Of a stretch of DNA of 62,624 nucleotides, positions 12,462 through 24,224 are shown piece by piece. The position numbers and the translations under genes are program-made. How positions within the stretch are numbered: position 1 is the first letter of the stretch; each line of letters opens with the position of its first letter. Where the stretch lies: NCBI RefSeq assembly GCF_001194135.2, contig NC_068990.1:74866445-74929068 (forward strand), given 5' to 3'. Source of the stretch: Octopus bimaculoides. Taxonomy: Eukaryota. The notes beneath the pieces were generated by a model that saw only the letters and a list, made by a program, of their open reading frames with translations, made no database searches and was not told the DNA's origin.

Positions 12462-12701
12462 ATCATTATCATCATCATCGTTTAACGTCCGCTTTCCATG
12501 CTAGCATGGATTGGACGATTTGACTGAGGACTGGCAAGCCAGAAGGCTGTACCAGGCTCCAATCTGATCTGGCAGAGTTTCTACAGCTGGATGTCCTTCC
12601 TAACGCCAACCACTCCGAGAGTGTAGTGGGTGCTTTTACGTGCCACCGGCACAAAGGCCAGACACACGGTACTGGCAACGGCCAGTACCGTGTGACTGGC
12701 C
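12462..12701 (-). mobile_element. SINE-R with snap-back hairpin at its 5' end
   Basis: (CAT)n tail, conserved body, GCTTTTACGTGCCACC motif, then a 21-bp inverted repeat at 12656-12701. Confidence 0.8.
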
Positions 12702-13285
12702 CTTCACCATCATCATTGCAGCTTCATTCATTTTCCATGCAACCGTAGATTGGACAGATTTTCACAGTTCAGGTCAGTTCTTATGCAGACATACTGCCCT
12801 CAGATTTGAGTTGATATCTCACACACGTTCTACTTTTGGCATGGTTTCTACAGCTGGATGCCTTGTCATACACCAAACACACACACAGCAACAACAGAAC
12901 AAGTGAATTGACTACAGCTTAGGTGAAAGAATTCAGAGAAACACTTAACAACAGTGCCAGACTACACCAACAAATTGAGTATAGAAATTTTCTGTAGGTG
13001 TCAATAAAGGATTAATGAAATAGTTGTATATCTTACCTGATAAAACAGATAAATTGCTTGTTCTGGATGGATGAAGATTTGGGCCTGAGTAGAAAGAGAA
13101 AATAATAATAAAGTTATATAAATACAGCATAAATCAGTGTAACATACATAATAAATAGAATGTTATGTCCCTGGTTTCATCATGTATATATAGTTAATTC
13201 ATTCATTCACTCCGCTTCTCCATAGCCTGGCTTGGATAGGAAACTGATTTTCAGGTAGGATGCTCATTCTGTGATTGACACTTAC

Positions 13286-13354
13286 CTGGTTTCTCAGGTA
13301 AAAGATGCAGAACAGCTTGGACACATTCACATACAAGGGAGTTTAATACACTCT
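13286..13354 (-). CDS. Candidate 69-nt exon (phase 1/1), xSVLNSLVCECVQAVLHLLPEKP
   Basis: Consensus donor CAG|GTAAGT, acceptor TTTTGTAAACAG, one open frame; no homology support. Confidence 0.2.
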
Positions 13355-15629
13355 CTGTTTACAAAATTGAATAGGGCACTGGCCAGCCCTAAGCAATCGA
13401 TATACAAGATGCTTGCCTAAGGTGCTGCCTAAGTGGACCAAACATGAAACCTACATGGCTGAGAGATGTGAACTTCTGAACAACATAGCTATGCCTGCTT
13501 GTGTGTGTGTCGAAAGTGTATGGCTTAGTGGTTAAGCTATTCAGCTCACAATCTTACAATTGTGAGTTCAATTCCTGACAGCGCATTGTGTCCTTCAGCA
13601 AGATACTATTTCACATTGCTCCAATCCACTTAGCTGACAAAAATGAGTTGTACCTGTAAGCTTTATGTCTAACATTGATGGCATTGTTAACCATGTAATT
13701 TAGTCACAGGTAAATGCCACTTGGACATTGAACTTAGTACCTGAAGTTTACTAATAGTGTAAAACCAATGATAGAATATCAATTCCAAATGAAACTACAA
13801 GTAGTAGTTTGTTTTTATTCATTTATTTTTTATTTTGACAAGGAAGACAGTGAAAATGGTGGTGGTGATAGTAATAGCAATTCCTTAATTTGATTTCGAA
13901 AATGGGCTGGTAACTACAAGTTGAAGAAGGAAAAGAGAAAAGAAAAAAAAATTACAGTTAATCTATTTGAATCAATTTAAATTAATAAATCATACTTTTT
14001 GCTTTGTTCTTTCTTTCTCTCTCTCTCTCTCTCTCTGTATGTGGCTTTATTTTGCTTTGTCTTGAAGAAAGTGCCAACCTAAGAAAATGCCATCTGACAG
14101 GCATTATCTTGGAACAGTGATAGATTAGGCAGCAAAGATTATCTGAATAGTCACTATTAAAAAGACTTGCCCACAAAATGACACTTCCTTGATGTCATTC
14201 ATCAATTAGTAATGGCAAAATTGAAAGACACAACAAACAAACAGATCATCAGGGATCAGATATCACTGTTAATGTTGCACATCAAGGGGTCACAAAAATA
14301 AATCCTAAAGTTAAGAATCAATGAATTCTTTTTTTCATTTTTATTTATTATTTTTTTTTACCTGCATGCTATTTATTTACTTTTTTTCTATTTCTTCCAT
14401 CATTACTTTAAGTACAGAGAGAGAAGGCCGTAGGAGGGGGCAGGCTAGAAAAAACTATATGAATTATAAAGAGGGGCATGAGTGGGTGGGAAGTTTAATT
14501 AAACTATCATTGTTGTGATTAGAGTTTCTACAGCCGACAGAAATGTGCTCATAGAGAGTGACAAATGACTTCCAGGTTGAGAGTTTATCCATCCTGACAA
14601 GTTAACCTTAAAGTTATAATTGGAAAATTATATACATAGTTTATTTTTTTTTTTAGTTTTTTTTTTTTTTTTTACACAAACACACATACAGAAACAAACA
14701 CAAATACCGTTATATACGAAATTAAAAACAACAACCTTTAACGATTTTATTTAGTCTTTAGGTGACAAATGGGACAAATAGAAATTGAAAATATTAGATT
14801 TTTATAATGACTTATGCCTCAAGATTGGTGTGGATTTATATCAATCACTCAGTCTTCAAAATTAATGCCTGTTAAAGACAGCTAAACAATTTGTATGTGT
14901 GTATGATGTCCTTTTTTTTTATTATAATTTTCTATTTCATTTTTTTTTATATTATTATGCTGCCTCCACCCTTTTCTTTATAATGAACATTTTCATTACT
15001 GCTGATTCCCATCTGTTGTTTCTTTTTTTCTACTTTTTTTTTGTTTTTGTTTTTGCCTTGACTAGAACTGACATCTAGAAAAGATAACAAACATTCGAGT
15101 GATAAGTCAAAAGAACTTTAGCATAATTGTGTTGTTGATATAATGAATACAAACCAAACCATTAAGAGTTGGGTTTCAAAAGAAAGAAAGAAAGACTAAC
15201 AGAAAAACTTGTCCTTCCCCGCCCACCCTCTGGCTGCCACATAAACAGTAAATTTGACAAACAGCTCTGTTAACTTAAATAACTGTTGTCTTTAAGATAC
15301 TATGTTTTTTTACACAAGGAAACAAGTTGCTAATATGAAATGATTATATGGGAAAATAAATTTGGTTACAAAATACCAAAATATTAATAAAAAAAGATAG
15401 AAATAAATAAAATAAGGAAAAAATATCAGAAACAAAAAAAAAAGATTTAAATAAGAGATATGAAAATGTTATAAAATACTAGCAAAAAAAAATAAATAAA
15501 AAAGAATACTAAAATAGTGAAAAATGCAACTACAAAGATATTACTAGTAAAACTATGAAAGCATTGAACAAAGACATGAGAACATAATACCAATTCCTTG
15601 AGATAATAATCTTGGAATATTTCTTTTAT

Positions 15630-16005
15630 CTTTTAGATTAGACCATGGCCATGCTGGGGCACCATCTTCAAGAATTTTTTTTCTTAGTTAAATGCATCAA
15701 CCCCATTATCTTCCTTTTCTTCATTTTTGAAGCCTGGGTGCTTACTCTATTGGTCTCTTTTGCCAAAACAGATAAGTCATGGGAGATGTAAACACACCAA
15801 CACTGGCTGTCAAGCAATGGAGGGGAACAAACAAACACACACACGTGACAGGAGGCTTCTTTCAGTTTCTATCTACCAAATCCACACACAAGGTTTTAGT
15901 TGGCTGAAGGCTATAGTAGAAGACACTCACTCACCCAAGGTGCCACACAACATAGTGGGACTGAACTCAGAACCATGTGGTTGGGAAGCAAATTTCTTAC
16001 CACAC
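15630..16005 (-). mobile_element. SINE-K
   Basis: GGCCATGCTGGGGCACC tail, GCTATAGTAGAAGACACT...GAACTCAGAACCATGTGGTTGGGAAGC head. Confidence 0.75.
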
Positions 16006-17958
16006 AATTGTTTCACCAATTTGAACTTTATCGTGCTTCATCCTTTAGTGGTAGTGGTCACTAAATGAAACACTGATCCAGGAAAGTGGATTGGTAGAAT
16101 AGTTAGAGTGACCAATGGGATGCTTTAGTGGGCATATATGCCCATTTTTAGCGTTCTGATTTCAAATCCTGCCAATGACTAGCCCCAATTGCCCAACTAT
16201 GTGACCATAGTACATTATGAAAGTTAAAATAGGTATACAAGGAGGTATATAAAATAGGTCCATAAGTATATAGTATATCGATCTACAATACATTAAAAGT
16301 CAGATTGAATCTTGCTTGCTGGCAATGTTACTCAGCCAAACTGGTGAATAAGGGGAAAATACTATGAATCAAGGTCCACCTGAAATGTACATACGAAAGG
16401 AATGAAGCAAATTTCCCGTAAATCGGATAAGTGGTTGTGAAGGTATTAAGGGTTTCCGGGGTTTAAATGCCCAAAACAGTGTTTAATTGGAAAAGTCTCC
16501 GAAATTAACCTAATCCTGAAAGGGAAGTAACTTTTACCCTTTGATTAAACAGTAACTTGACAACAAAAAAATACAATTTGTTGTTTTACAATAAATAAGC
16601 ATTTAGAAATACTTTTAAGTGAATATGATTTCAAAAATATTAGTTGTCTGTACAATAAGTATTTATATTTTAGCTTTCTTTAAACAGACAATGTTTTCGT
16701 GTTTTTTTTAATTATCTTCAAGTGAATACCATTACAAAAATTTTTTTGGCATAAATATTTCGTGAAGACCCGTTTGTAACCTTGGTGTGAAATAATCTTT
16801 TCCATAGGTATTTTTTGAGGGCATAACAGTCAAATCTTTCCTTTTCTGGGGAAAGGAGCCACTTATGTGTGATTTCGATGTTACATACGTTGAAAGCATG
16901 CAAAATAACTTGGGAAAGAAAAAAACCCCCCACAAAACAACACTCCGTTGCTGGGAAACTCCGACTTTCCTTGTGACCTAACAGGTCATGGGTAATCTAG
17001 TAGTAGTGTATAAAAGTCAAATATGATGATGATGATGATGATGATAGATGTTAATGAGAATCATTTCACTTTTGCATTTCCATGTGAAGTGCTTAACTAT
17101 CCTTCTTCTGAGTTGGGCTGGGTGAAAAGTTTCGACTACTAAATTCATAGACGAGTAGTTTGTTAGTGGTAAAAAAAGGGATACATATCATTTAGCAATA
17201 AGAACCACAACTTCAACAGATAAAACATCCCTACACATGGAGGCATTAAAAAAGATAATCTAAAAACAAAACAAAATAAGGGGTCATTATAATTTATGTT
17301 GTATTAAATTAATTAATGACAATTTCAGTTAGAAATTAACCCACCATTATCCTGGGGCAGAGAAATAGCACTGAGAGAAAAAGAGAGAGACGTTTTTCTT
17401 GGGTCAAATGTGTTACACTGTCACATTATGAGCTGAAGAGTAAGGTGAAGCGTGAGAGAGAAAAAGAGGGGGAGAGTGAGAGTGAAGTGAACTTGAGATA
17501 GGGGTAACATAGTAGTTATCACAATAAGACACTGTTAAATGGTTAGTTCAAGGAGAAACGGACAGTATGTAGGCAGGCAGGCAGAGATTGCCCCTTCAAT
17601 ACGGTCTATGTGGATTTTTACATCTCAAGAATCAAACGTTGCATAAAAATATACAATTTCATCACACCATTTTCAAAATAACCATGGAATTTCTATACAT
17701 ACTGCTAGTTAATTTATTATTATTATTATTATTGTTCTTTTCTATTTTTTTGAAAATAATTTAAGACTTGGGAAGAGTTCAAGTAAAATAACTCGCTTTG
17801 CCACAATAACCCTTTTGTTACTATATTTCTGTTGAAGTTGGTATCATGCAACTGAGGATGGTTTTGGGTGCTTTGGTGCCAAGAGGGCTAAATAAGTATT
17901 TGAAATGAAATTAAATGAAACAGTCAGGCTTCTTAAAGAAAAATTATAAGGCAAAGTT

Positions 17959-18134
17959 TTAACCCATTAGCATTCATAGTATTGACGAAAGTAATGCTTA
18001 TTTTATTCACATTGTTTTGAATTAATCATTCATTATCAGACAGCTTCAAAATTTTGATGTTAGTGTGTATTTTTAGAATGACATTGTAGGGTAAATGTGA
18101 GAGGTCATATCTGGCTTGAATGCTAAAGGGTTAA
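17959..18134 (+). mobile_element. MITE-A, intact piggyBac-type MITE with TTAA TSDs
   Basis: TTAA|CCCATTAGCATTCA ... TGAATGCTAAAGGG|TTAA; 13/14-bp TIR match. CCC/GGG termini and TTAA duplication are piggyBac hallmarks. Confidence 0.85.
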
Positions 18135-18989
18135 TCTAAATATGATCACTTTAAGATGAGATATTTATGTATTATAGAAGCAAAGATAGCTGCATCAGAA
18201 CAGTTTTTTTCAAAAGAAAAAAAAAAAAAGAAAGAGAATATAGGGAAACCAAGAATGAGAAAGGGAGCTAACAACAAGAATACTTTTACTGAATATGAAA
18301 TAAAATAAAATAAAACCCTGCAAAGAAAATGCATTACATGCAGTGAGTTATATTCTATGGTGTTTGAAAACTACTCAATTATTTTTTGATAAGTAGAGGA
18401 GGTTTGTGAAGAACCAAATCATAAAAAATGGCGAGAGGGCAATGGACCAACGCAGAGAAAGCAGAACACACACACACACACACGCATACACATTATATAC
18501 ACACATCATATCTGTGTGTGCGTATATGAAAGCCAGCTTAAGTTGACAGCTTGGCAATACGTAAATGTTATAGAGGTGAACTACTGATGTTGGTGGCCAC
18601 TTTTACAGTGGCATTGACAGAACGAGGTTTCTCGCAGAGTGCTATGGCTGGCTGGCTGGCTGAACCATTTCTCAAGCCAGTTCTTTCAATACCAAAGCCA
18701 ACCAACAAGACATTTTCTCCAGCTGAGCTATTTGTTAACTTGCCAACCAGCCAATCAGCCAACCAACCCATATGTAAAAGCTATATAGACATTTTTTTTC
18801 TCTGCCCCTCCTGCAGCTGTCAATCTGAAATGCATGACCTTACATTTTCAATCTGAGCACCTGAATGCGAACACATCTGACACCATTAGAAGGCCACATC
18901 GGTCATGGAAATTCATCAATACATTCGGTGAAGAACTTGTCAACATGAAGTAGTAATAAATAGTAATAACAAATAAAGATAGCGACAAC

Positions 18990-19029
18990 CTGCGATTCGG
19001 ACTGACTGCAATGCACATTGACACATTTT
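18990..19029 (-). CDS. Candidate 40-nt micro-exon (phase 1/2), K-NVSMCIAVSPNR
   Basis: Strong acceptor TCTTTCTCCTTGCTTCTTTCATTGTGCATCTCCTTAG; weak donor CAG|GTTGTC; phase fits the 3' end of the 25543-25811 exon. Confidence 0.25.
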
Positions 19030-19789
19030 CTAAGGAGATGCACAATGAAAGAAGCAAGGAGAAAGATGTATTTAAATCTATACACATTACATATGCACCG
19101 ATGTAGATATGTGCATGCATACATACATGTGTGCGTGTGCACACACATTAGCCAAATCATGTCAGAGATAAAAATGCTCTAAAAATACAGAATATTAAGG
19201 AAATAACAAGCGCACACACAAATGTGCAGATGTATGTATGTACAACTGCATGCACACAAATGTATCAACACTCGCCACAACACTACCTCCATCATAACAC
19301 TTAGAAGGTGCATATGGAAATCAAAGTAGATATTTTATGGAGAAACTAGAATGAATGAATAAATAAATGCTAACTTCTAGTCAGATTAAATCCTGCTTTC
19401 TTCCTTTCCATTTTTTTTTTTTTTTTTTTTTTGAGGAATGGTAACTGGCAGGGGTTACAATGTACAATGTACTTTCTATACGGCATGTGAGCATGTATTT
19501 ACATAAGAATAGGGCTTGTTAAGCAACTCGGCTAATTCTATTTGCAGCACATATACTTACACACACACACACATATATGCTACACTACTTACACACACAT
19601 ATATGCTACACTACTTACACACACACAGATGCTACACTATGAAGCCTGTCAACTGCAACAATAACACAGCTGCCACTGATGATGCTGACATTTTTTTCAC
19701 TTCAGAAATAAACTTCAAATCCTGGAAGGAATGCAGTCAGTTTAAACAATCCCAGTGTTTAACTGGTATCTATAATAATAATAATAATA

Positions 19790-20331
19790 CAGTACCAGGC
19801 AGTAGCTCTCATGGCTTCTGGTCTTAATTGATTGGAAGTGTTATCATGTACATTGATTTTGTCTTGGTATAAAAAGATGGGCTACAGCAAATATTCTGCT
19901 CAATACTACAGACTTGCTTGTCAGTTGTTTGACCTTAAACCAGTTGAGCATGTCCCTTAGTGGCTGATGATATGTGCATCTCTGATCTCAAGCAGAAGTA
20001 GTGGGGGAGCATTATAGCCATGTGTTAAGAGGGCTTCAATAATTCATCTCTGGAAACACGGGTGTTTCATTCATCATTCTTAAACAACCCTCATTCAGGG
20101 ACCTTTTGAGCAGGATGGGCTACTCGACTTGAAAAAAATTCTAACTGGACCTCACCTTCAAGGTCATGCACTGTTAATCTTGTTATGAGATCACCATATC
20201 ACACACATATGGTTGTGATGCATGTGCCTAGTGTAACCTTATCAGACAGATAGTCATGATGGGTATACTGGGTTTCGTATATTTGTACCCCAGTGTCACT
20301 GATAGAATGCACTGCTCTCTCTCTCTCATTC
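19790..20331. mobile_element. About 540-bp non-coding interspersed element flanked on both sides by (TAA)n
   Basis: Unique-complexity block bounded by (ATA)n at 19772-19789 and (AAT)n from 20332; no ORF or tRNA boxes seen; recalled as an abundant octopus repeat (unverified). Confidence 0.55.
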
Positions 20332-20389
20332 ATAATAATAATAATGATGATGATAATAATAATAATAATAATAATAATANNNNNNNNNN

Positions 20390-20431
<42 letters not shown>
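20332..20431. repeat. (AAT)n microsatellite with a 10-N gap
   Basis: Seen directly. Confidence 0.95.
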
Positions 20432-20432
<1 letters not shown>

Positions 20433-20708
20433 GTCTATGGAAAATGAAGAAGGTGAAGATAGTGCCAATTATTGTAGGGTCCTTGGTGACAGTATCAGAA
20501 AGCATCAAGAGGAATATAAAGAAAATCGAACTAGAGTGCTCAGTACAATTGTTACAAAAGGTTTGCCTCCTTGGCACGGACCAGAATAATCAGGTCAGTT
20601 GAAAAGAACAGATAGCATGGTAGTGTAGGCTGCAGGCAGCAAGCCTGCTACACAGGCAAAGACTCCAGGAGTTACAACAAAACCCTGAGATAAAGAATAA
20701 ATAATAAT
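20432..20708 (+). mobile_element. 5'-truncated R4/Dong-clade (RLE endonuclease) non-LTR retrotransposon 3' end
   Basis: Translation SLWKMKKVKIVPIIVGSLVTVSESIKRNIKKIELECSVQLLQKVCLLGT(+1 frameshift)ARIIRSVEKNR* matches the RLE C-terminal pattern W...V.V.PIIVG.LG...LLQK..LLGTARI.R; short 3' UTR then ATAATAAT tail; embedded in (TAA)n. Confidence 0.8.
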
Positions 20709-20900
20709 GATTTCAAATTTTGGTACAAGGCCAGCAAGTTCAGGGGAAGGAGCTAAGTCAGCTACATTGACCCCAGTGTTCAACTAGTACTTATTTTTAT
20801 CAACTTCAGCGAAATTTGAACTCAGAACACAAAGACAGATGAAATGCTGCTAGGCATTTTGTCCGGTGTGTTAACAATTCAGCCAGATTGCTGCCTTAAT
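20705..20900 (-). mobile_element. SINE-N, tail-to-tail with the Dong fragment
   Basis: TTTCAAATTTTGGTACAAGGCCAGC...ATTGACCCCAGTG...TTTGAACTCAGAAC...CAGCCAGATTGCTGCC. Confidence 0.75.
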
Positions 20901-21789
20901 TATAATGGTTTTCACCTAGGCATGATGCCAATTCTTGGCAAGCACGAGTTGATTCAACTGATTCCAACTTAGTACTGTTTTATTGCTCCCAGAAGCATGA
21001 AAAGCCAAGATAATCAAACTGGAATTTAACCTCAGAAGCTGAAAAAAATCAAAATGTTCCAGCTTGCTGTTTTTAATTGCATTTTCTAACATATGGTGGT
21101 GGTGGTAGGGTGTAGAACTGATAGAATCAACCCCAAAACATGGTTGGTATTATTGTATCAACATTGAATAAATAAAAGACCAAGTTAACTCCAGTAGGAA
21201 TTAAACTCCAAGAGAGAGATTCTAAATGGCATTTAGGCATTTTTTTTCTTTTTTAAGCCTAATGTTCCTGTCACCTTCAAGGCATTTCATTAAATGCACA
21301 ACTATTTCGGCAACACCACTGCCCTAACCTCAAATGACAAGATATCTTGTTATTTGGCACTTTGCCATTTTAATTTGTCACGAGATATCTGCAGCAAGAA
21401 AACTACCTGCCTACAGACAATCATGAAATATCTTGTGATTATAGACATTCCCTTATAAAACTTGTATTTTATTGGTTTATATATTTAGTTGCTATGGAAA
21501 TTTCTTATAGTGGCCAATTGAAAAACATTTTACAATTGGCATTATTAACTTTTGGCATACAATTTTAGCACATAATAGCTAGCTACAGTGGTTTCTTTAC
21601 TTGTACATTTTTCACAACTTGATTGACACAAGCCAGTTCCAACAACAAATTTAAAAGTTTCCCCTCTCTCAGAATGTAGCAAATAATTAGAGAAAAGGTT
21701 TCAATTTTAGTGTAAACAACATGGACATAGAATTCTGGTGTCAGTTATGAAAAGGAAGAGTACAAACAGTATAGAAAATAACACATGCT

Positions 21790-22000
21790 GTAAATTTCCC
21801 TGAAGCTTTCAGGGTCAACACCAGGACATGTGCCAAAATTAGAGAGAGATTAGACATCCAAATTTTTAAAAAAATACTTTTCCAAACATATTTACAAAAT
21901 GTACACACACCATAAAATGTATTGAACGTCATTATTCCCTTGCTGACAGAAGATGGTATGATACAAATGAAAATGAGATGAAAGCTTTCTTGGGTGAATG
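21790..22000 (+). mobile_element. piggyBac transposase relic (frameshifted)
   Basis: Frames give PGHVPKLERD*TSKFLKKYFSKHIYKM and ERHYSLADRRWYDTNENEMKAFLG; W.xT...EMKAFLG is the conserved N-terminal motif of piggyBac/PGBD transposases. Confidence 0.55.
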
Positions 22001-22435
22001 TGATAGGATGCATTCATTTCACTCAGTAAAATGGTTAGTGGTAAAAACAGAACCCAGCTATACAAAGATTGAAGGGATCCTTTAGTTTGTAAATAACAAA
22101 ACCACATCTAGAGCTGGTGCCATGATAAAATGCACCCACCCATTCACCCATATACTGTATAAAATGATAGGTGGGTGATGTTATGGAGGGCATTCAGCTG
22201 TGGAAATTGAACCAAAAAATGCAACACAAGCAAAAACATTTTTTTTTTAACTGCATCGCATAGACAGAAGCTGTTAAATTTGAAGTACTGATGGTGCAAT
22301 GTGGTTTCAAAATTCAAGAAGGCAATTCATATAGTCTCAAACTACTCCCATCCGAATGTTACAATAAATATCATTTAACCATTTGTTAGTTGTAAATATA
22401 ATCATGAAAGATTTGTTTTTCTTTCTTCCTTTATA

Positions 22436-22845
22436 GGTGCAGACATGACTGTGTGGTAAAAAGCTTGCTTCCCAACCACATGGTTCCGGGTTCAGTCCCA
22501 TTGTGTAGTACCTCGGGCAAGTGTCTTTTACTATAGCCTCAGGCTAACCAAAGCCTTATGAGTGTAAACGGAAACTGAAAGAAGCCTGTAATATACACAT
22601 ATATATATAATGTGCACGTATTTATGTGTATCTCTGTGTCTATGTTTGTCCCCCCAACACTGCTTGACAACCAGTGATGGTGTGTTTACGCCCTCCTTAA
22701 CTTAGCAGTTTAGCAAAAGAGACCAATAGAATAAGTACTAGGTTTAAAAAAAACTAAGCCCTGGGGTTGATTTGTTCGACTAAAATCCTTCAAGGCGGTG
22801 CACCAGCATGACTGCAGTCAAATGACAGAAACAAGCAAAAGAATA
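22436..22845 (+). mobile_element. SINE-K, full length
   Basis: A-box-like TGTGTGGTAA, B-box-like GGGTTCAGTCCCA, central (TA/TG)n, tail GGCGGTGCACCAGCATGACTGCAGTCAAATGACAGAAACAAGCAAAAGA. Confidence 0.85.
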
Positions 22846-24224
22846 ATAAACAAAACACAAAAGCGTTCGCCTTTTCGAATGGGTGAGAGTACGCTCCATG
22901 TTGAATCAATAACCAGCACAATATAGGTATTAATCTAACTGACCAAACTCAGGAGGATCCACAATAAATTTGAAGGGAAGGAATGAAACTGAATAACTGT
23001 CATTTAGTTTCATTCATTAATTATTGAGCTAAACATTTCTACTACTATTGTTACATTTATGAAATTGCTTAGCAAGATTCTTGATGTGAAATTCTACGTT
23101 GAAACAGGTATTGCTATATTTTGGGACGATTTATTTTTTCTTTCTGTTTTTGCCAAATGGACTGGGCGGAGTAGGACACGTGGATGGAAAGGGCCACTGA
23201 AGAGGTCACAGACGTGTGACAAAAGATTTCCAGACAAAGGACATAAGATAAAATAAGAACAATAATAAAAAGACCATCCCAAAATATAACAATATTTCTA
23301 CCATGATGTTACTCAATGAAATATTAAACTTTTGTCCATGTGGAATAACAACTTTTACATTATACATAGATATGATGAGATGTTATAGTGGTGATTCCTT
23401 TGTCTATAGCTTTATTGATGTATCTAAAGAGAAATGGTTGCAACTAAGAACTGAAACTAGCTTACAGTCATAGCTGATCCAGAGCTTATGTCTTACACTA
23501 TGGTATTCAGGTAAAGAATATTTTATTATGAAATAAAGCAATGGGTAGTCTTAAGGCGGTTACCTAACCTGCTTGGAATAGCAGTCAAATACACACACAC
23601 AAAAGCAGAGGATAATCTATAGATCAGTCAAGATCAGGGCTGGCATGGGCCTAAACAATATGCTAAACAGGCCAACAGTTGCTCAACCACGAAACAGAAG
23701 CTAAATCTTCCTCAAGACACACACACATATACATATACACCAACATAAAACAAAAAAAGGTGACAAACTGGATAACGAGATCCAAGATACACTATCTTAA
23801 AATGGGACAGTCATGGCAGGGATGCCTTCAATCACAGGTTTGCTTTGATCAGGGCTAACTTGATGCTAAAGAACAATATCAATGTTTCCTTGCCTTGAAA
23901 GAAGTGTAAGAGGACCAATGTATATCCAAGCTGTAGGGAAGTAATAAAATGTAATCAACTAGAGTAACCCACCCACCTCTACAAAGGTAATAACAAATGT
24001 ATATTTGATTTGACAACAATAGAGAATTCTTCATTTTCCTTCTCTTTCTAATAAAGAGAAAATGAAAAAAAAAAAAACAAGCAATTTTCCATCTTTTTCT
24101 AACATTTTCCAACACCACCACCAATTTAAAAAGAAAATTAAAAAGCATTGCTGAAGCTGCTAGAAAACTATCCAGCATCTATTTTTTCGTCTTATTAATA
24201 TCAGTGTCTAAAAAGTAATTAGAT

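Noticed and set aside
19411-19432. Poly(T) run as the poly(A) tail of a retrocopy or a gene end
   Set aside because: No AATAAA at the right distance on the minus strand and no TSD; homopolymer runs are common throughout the window.
19960-20015. Hammerhead ribozyme (CTGATGA at 19964-19970, then GAAG)
   Set aside because: No G10.1-C11.1 closed stem II, GAAG instead of GAAA, and no stem III or correctly placed UH; core words alone are expected by chance.
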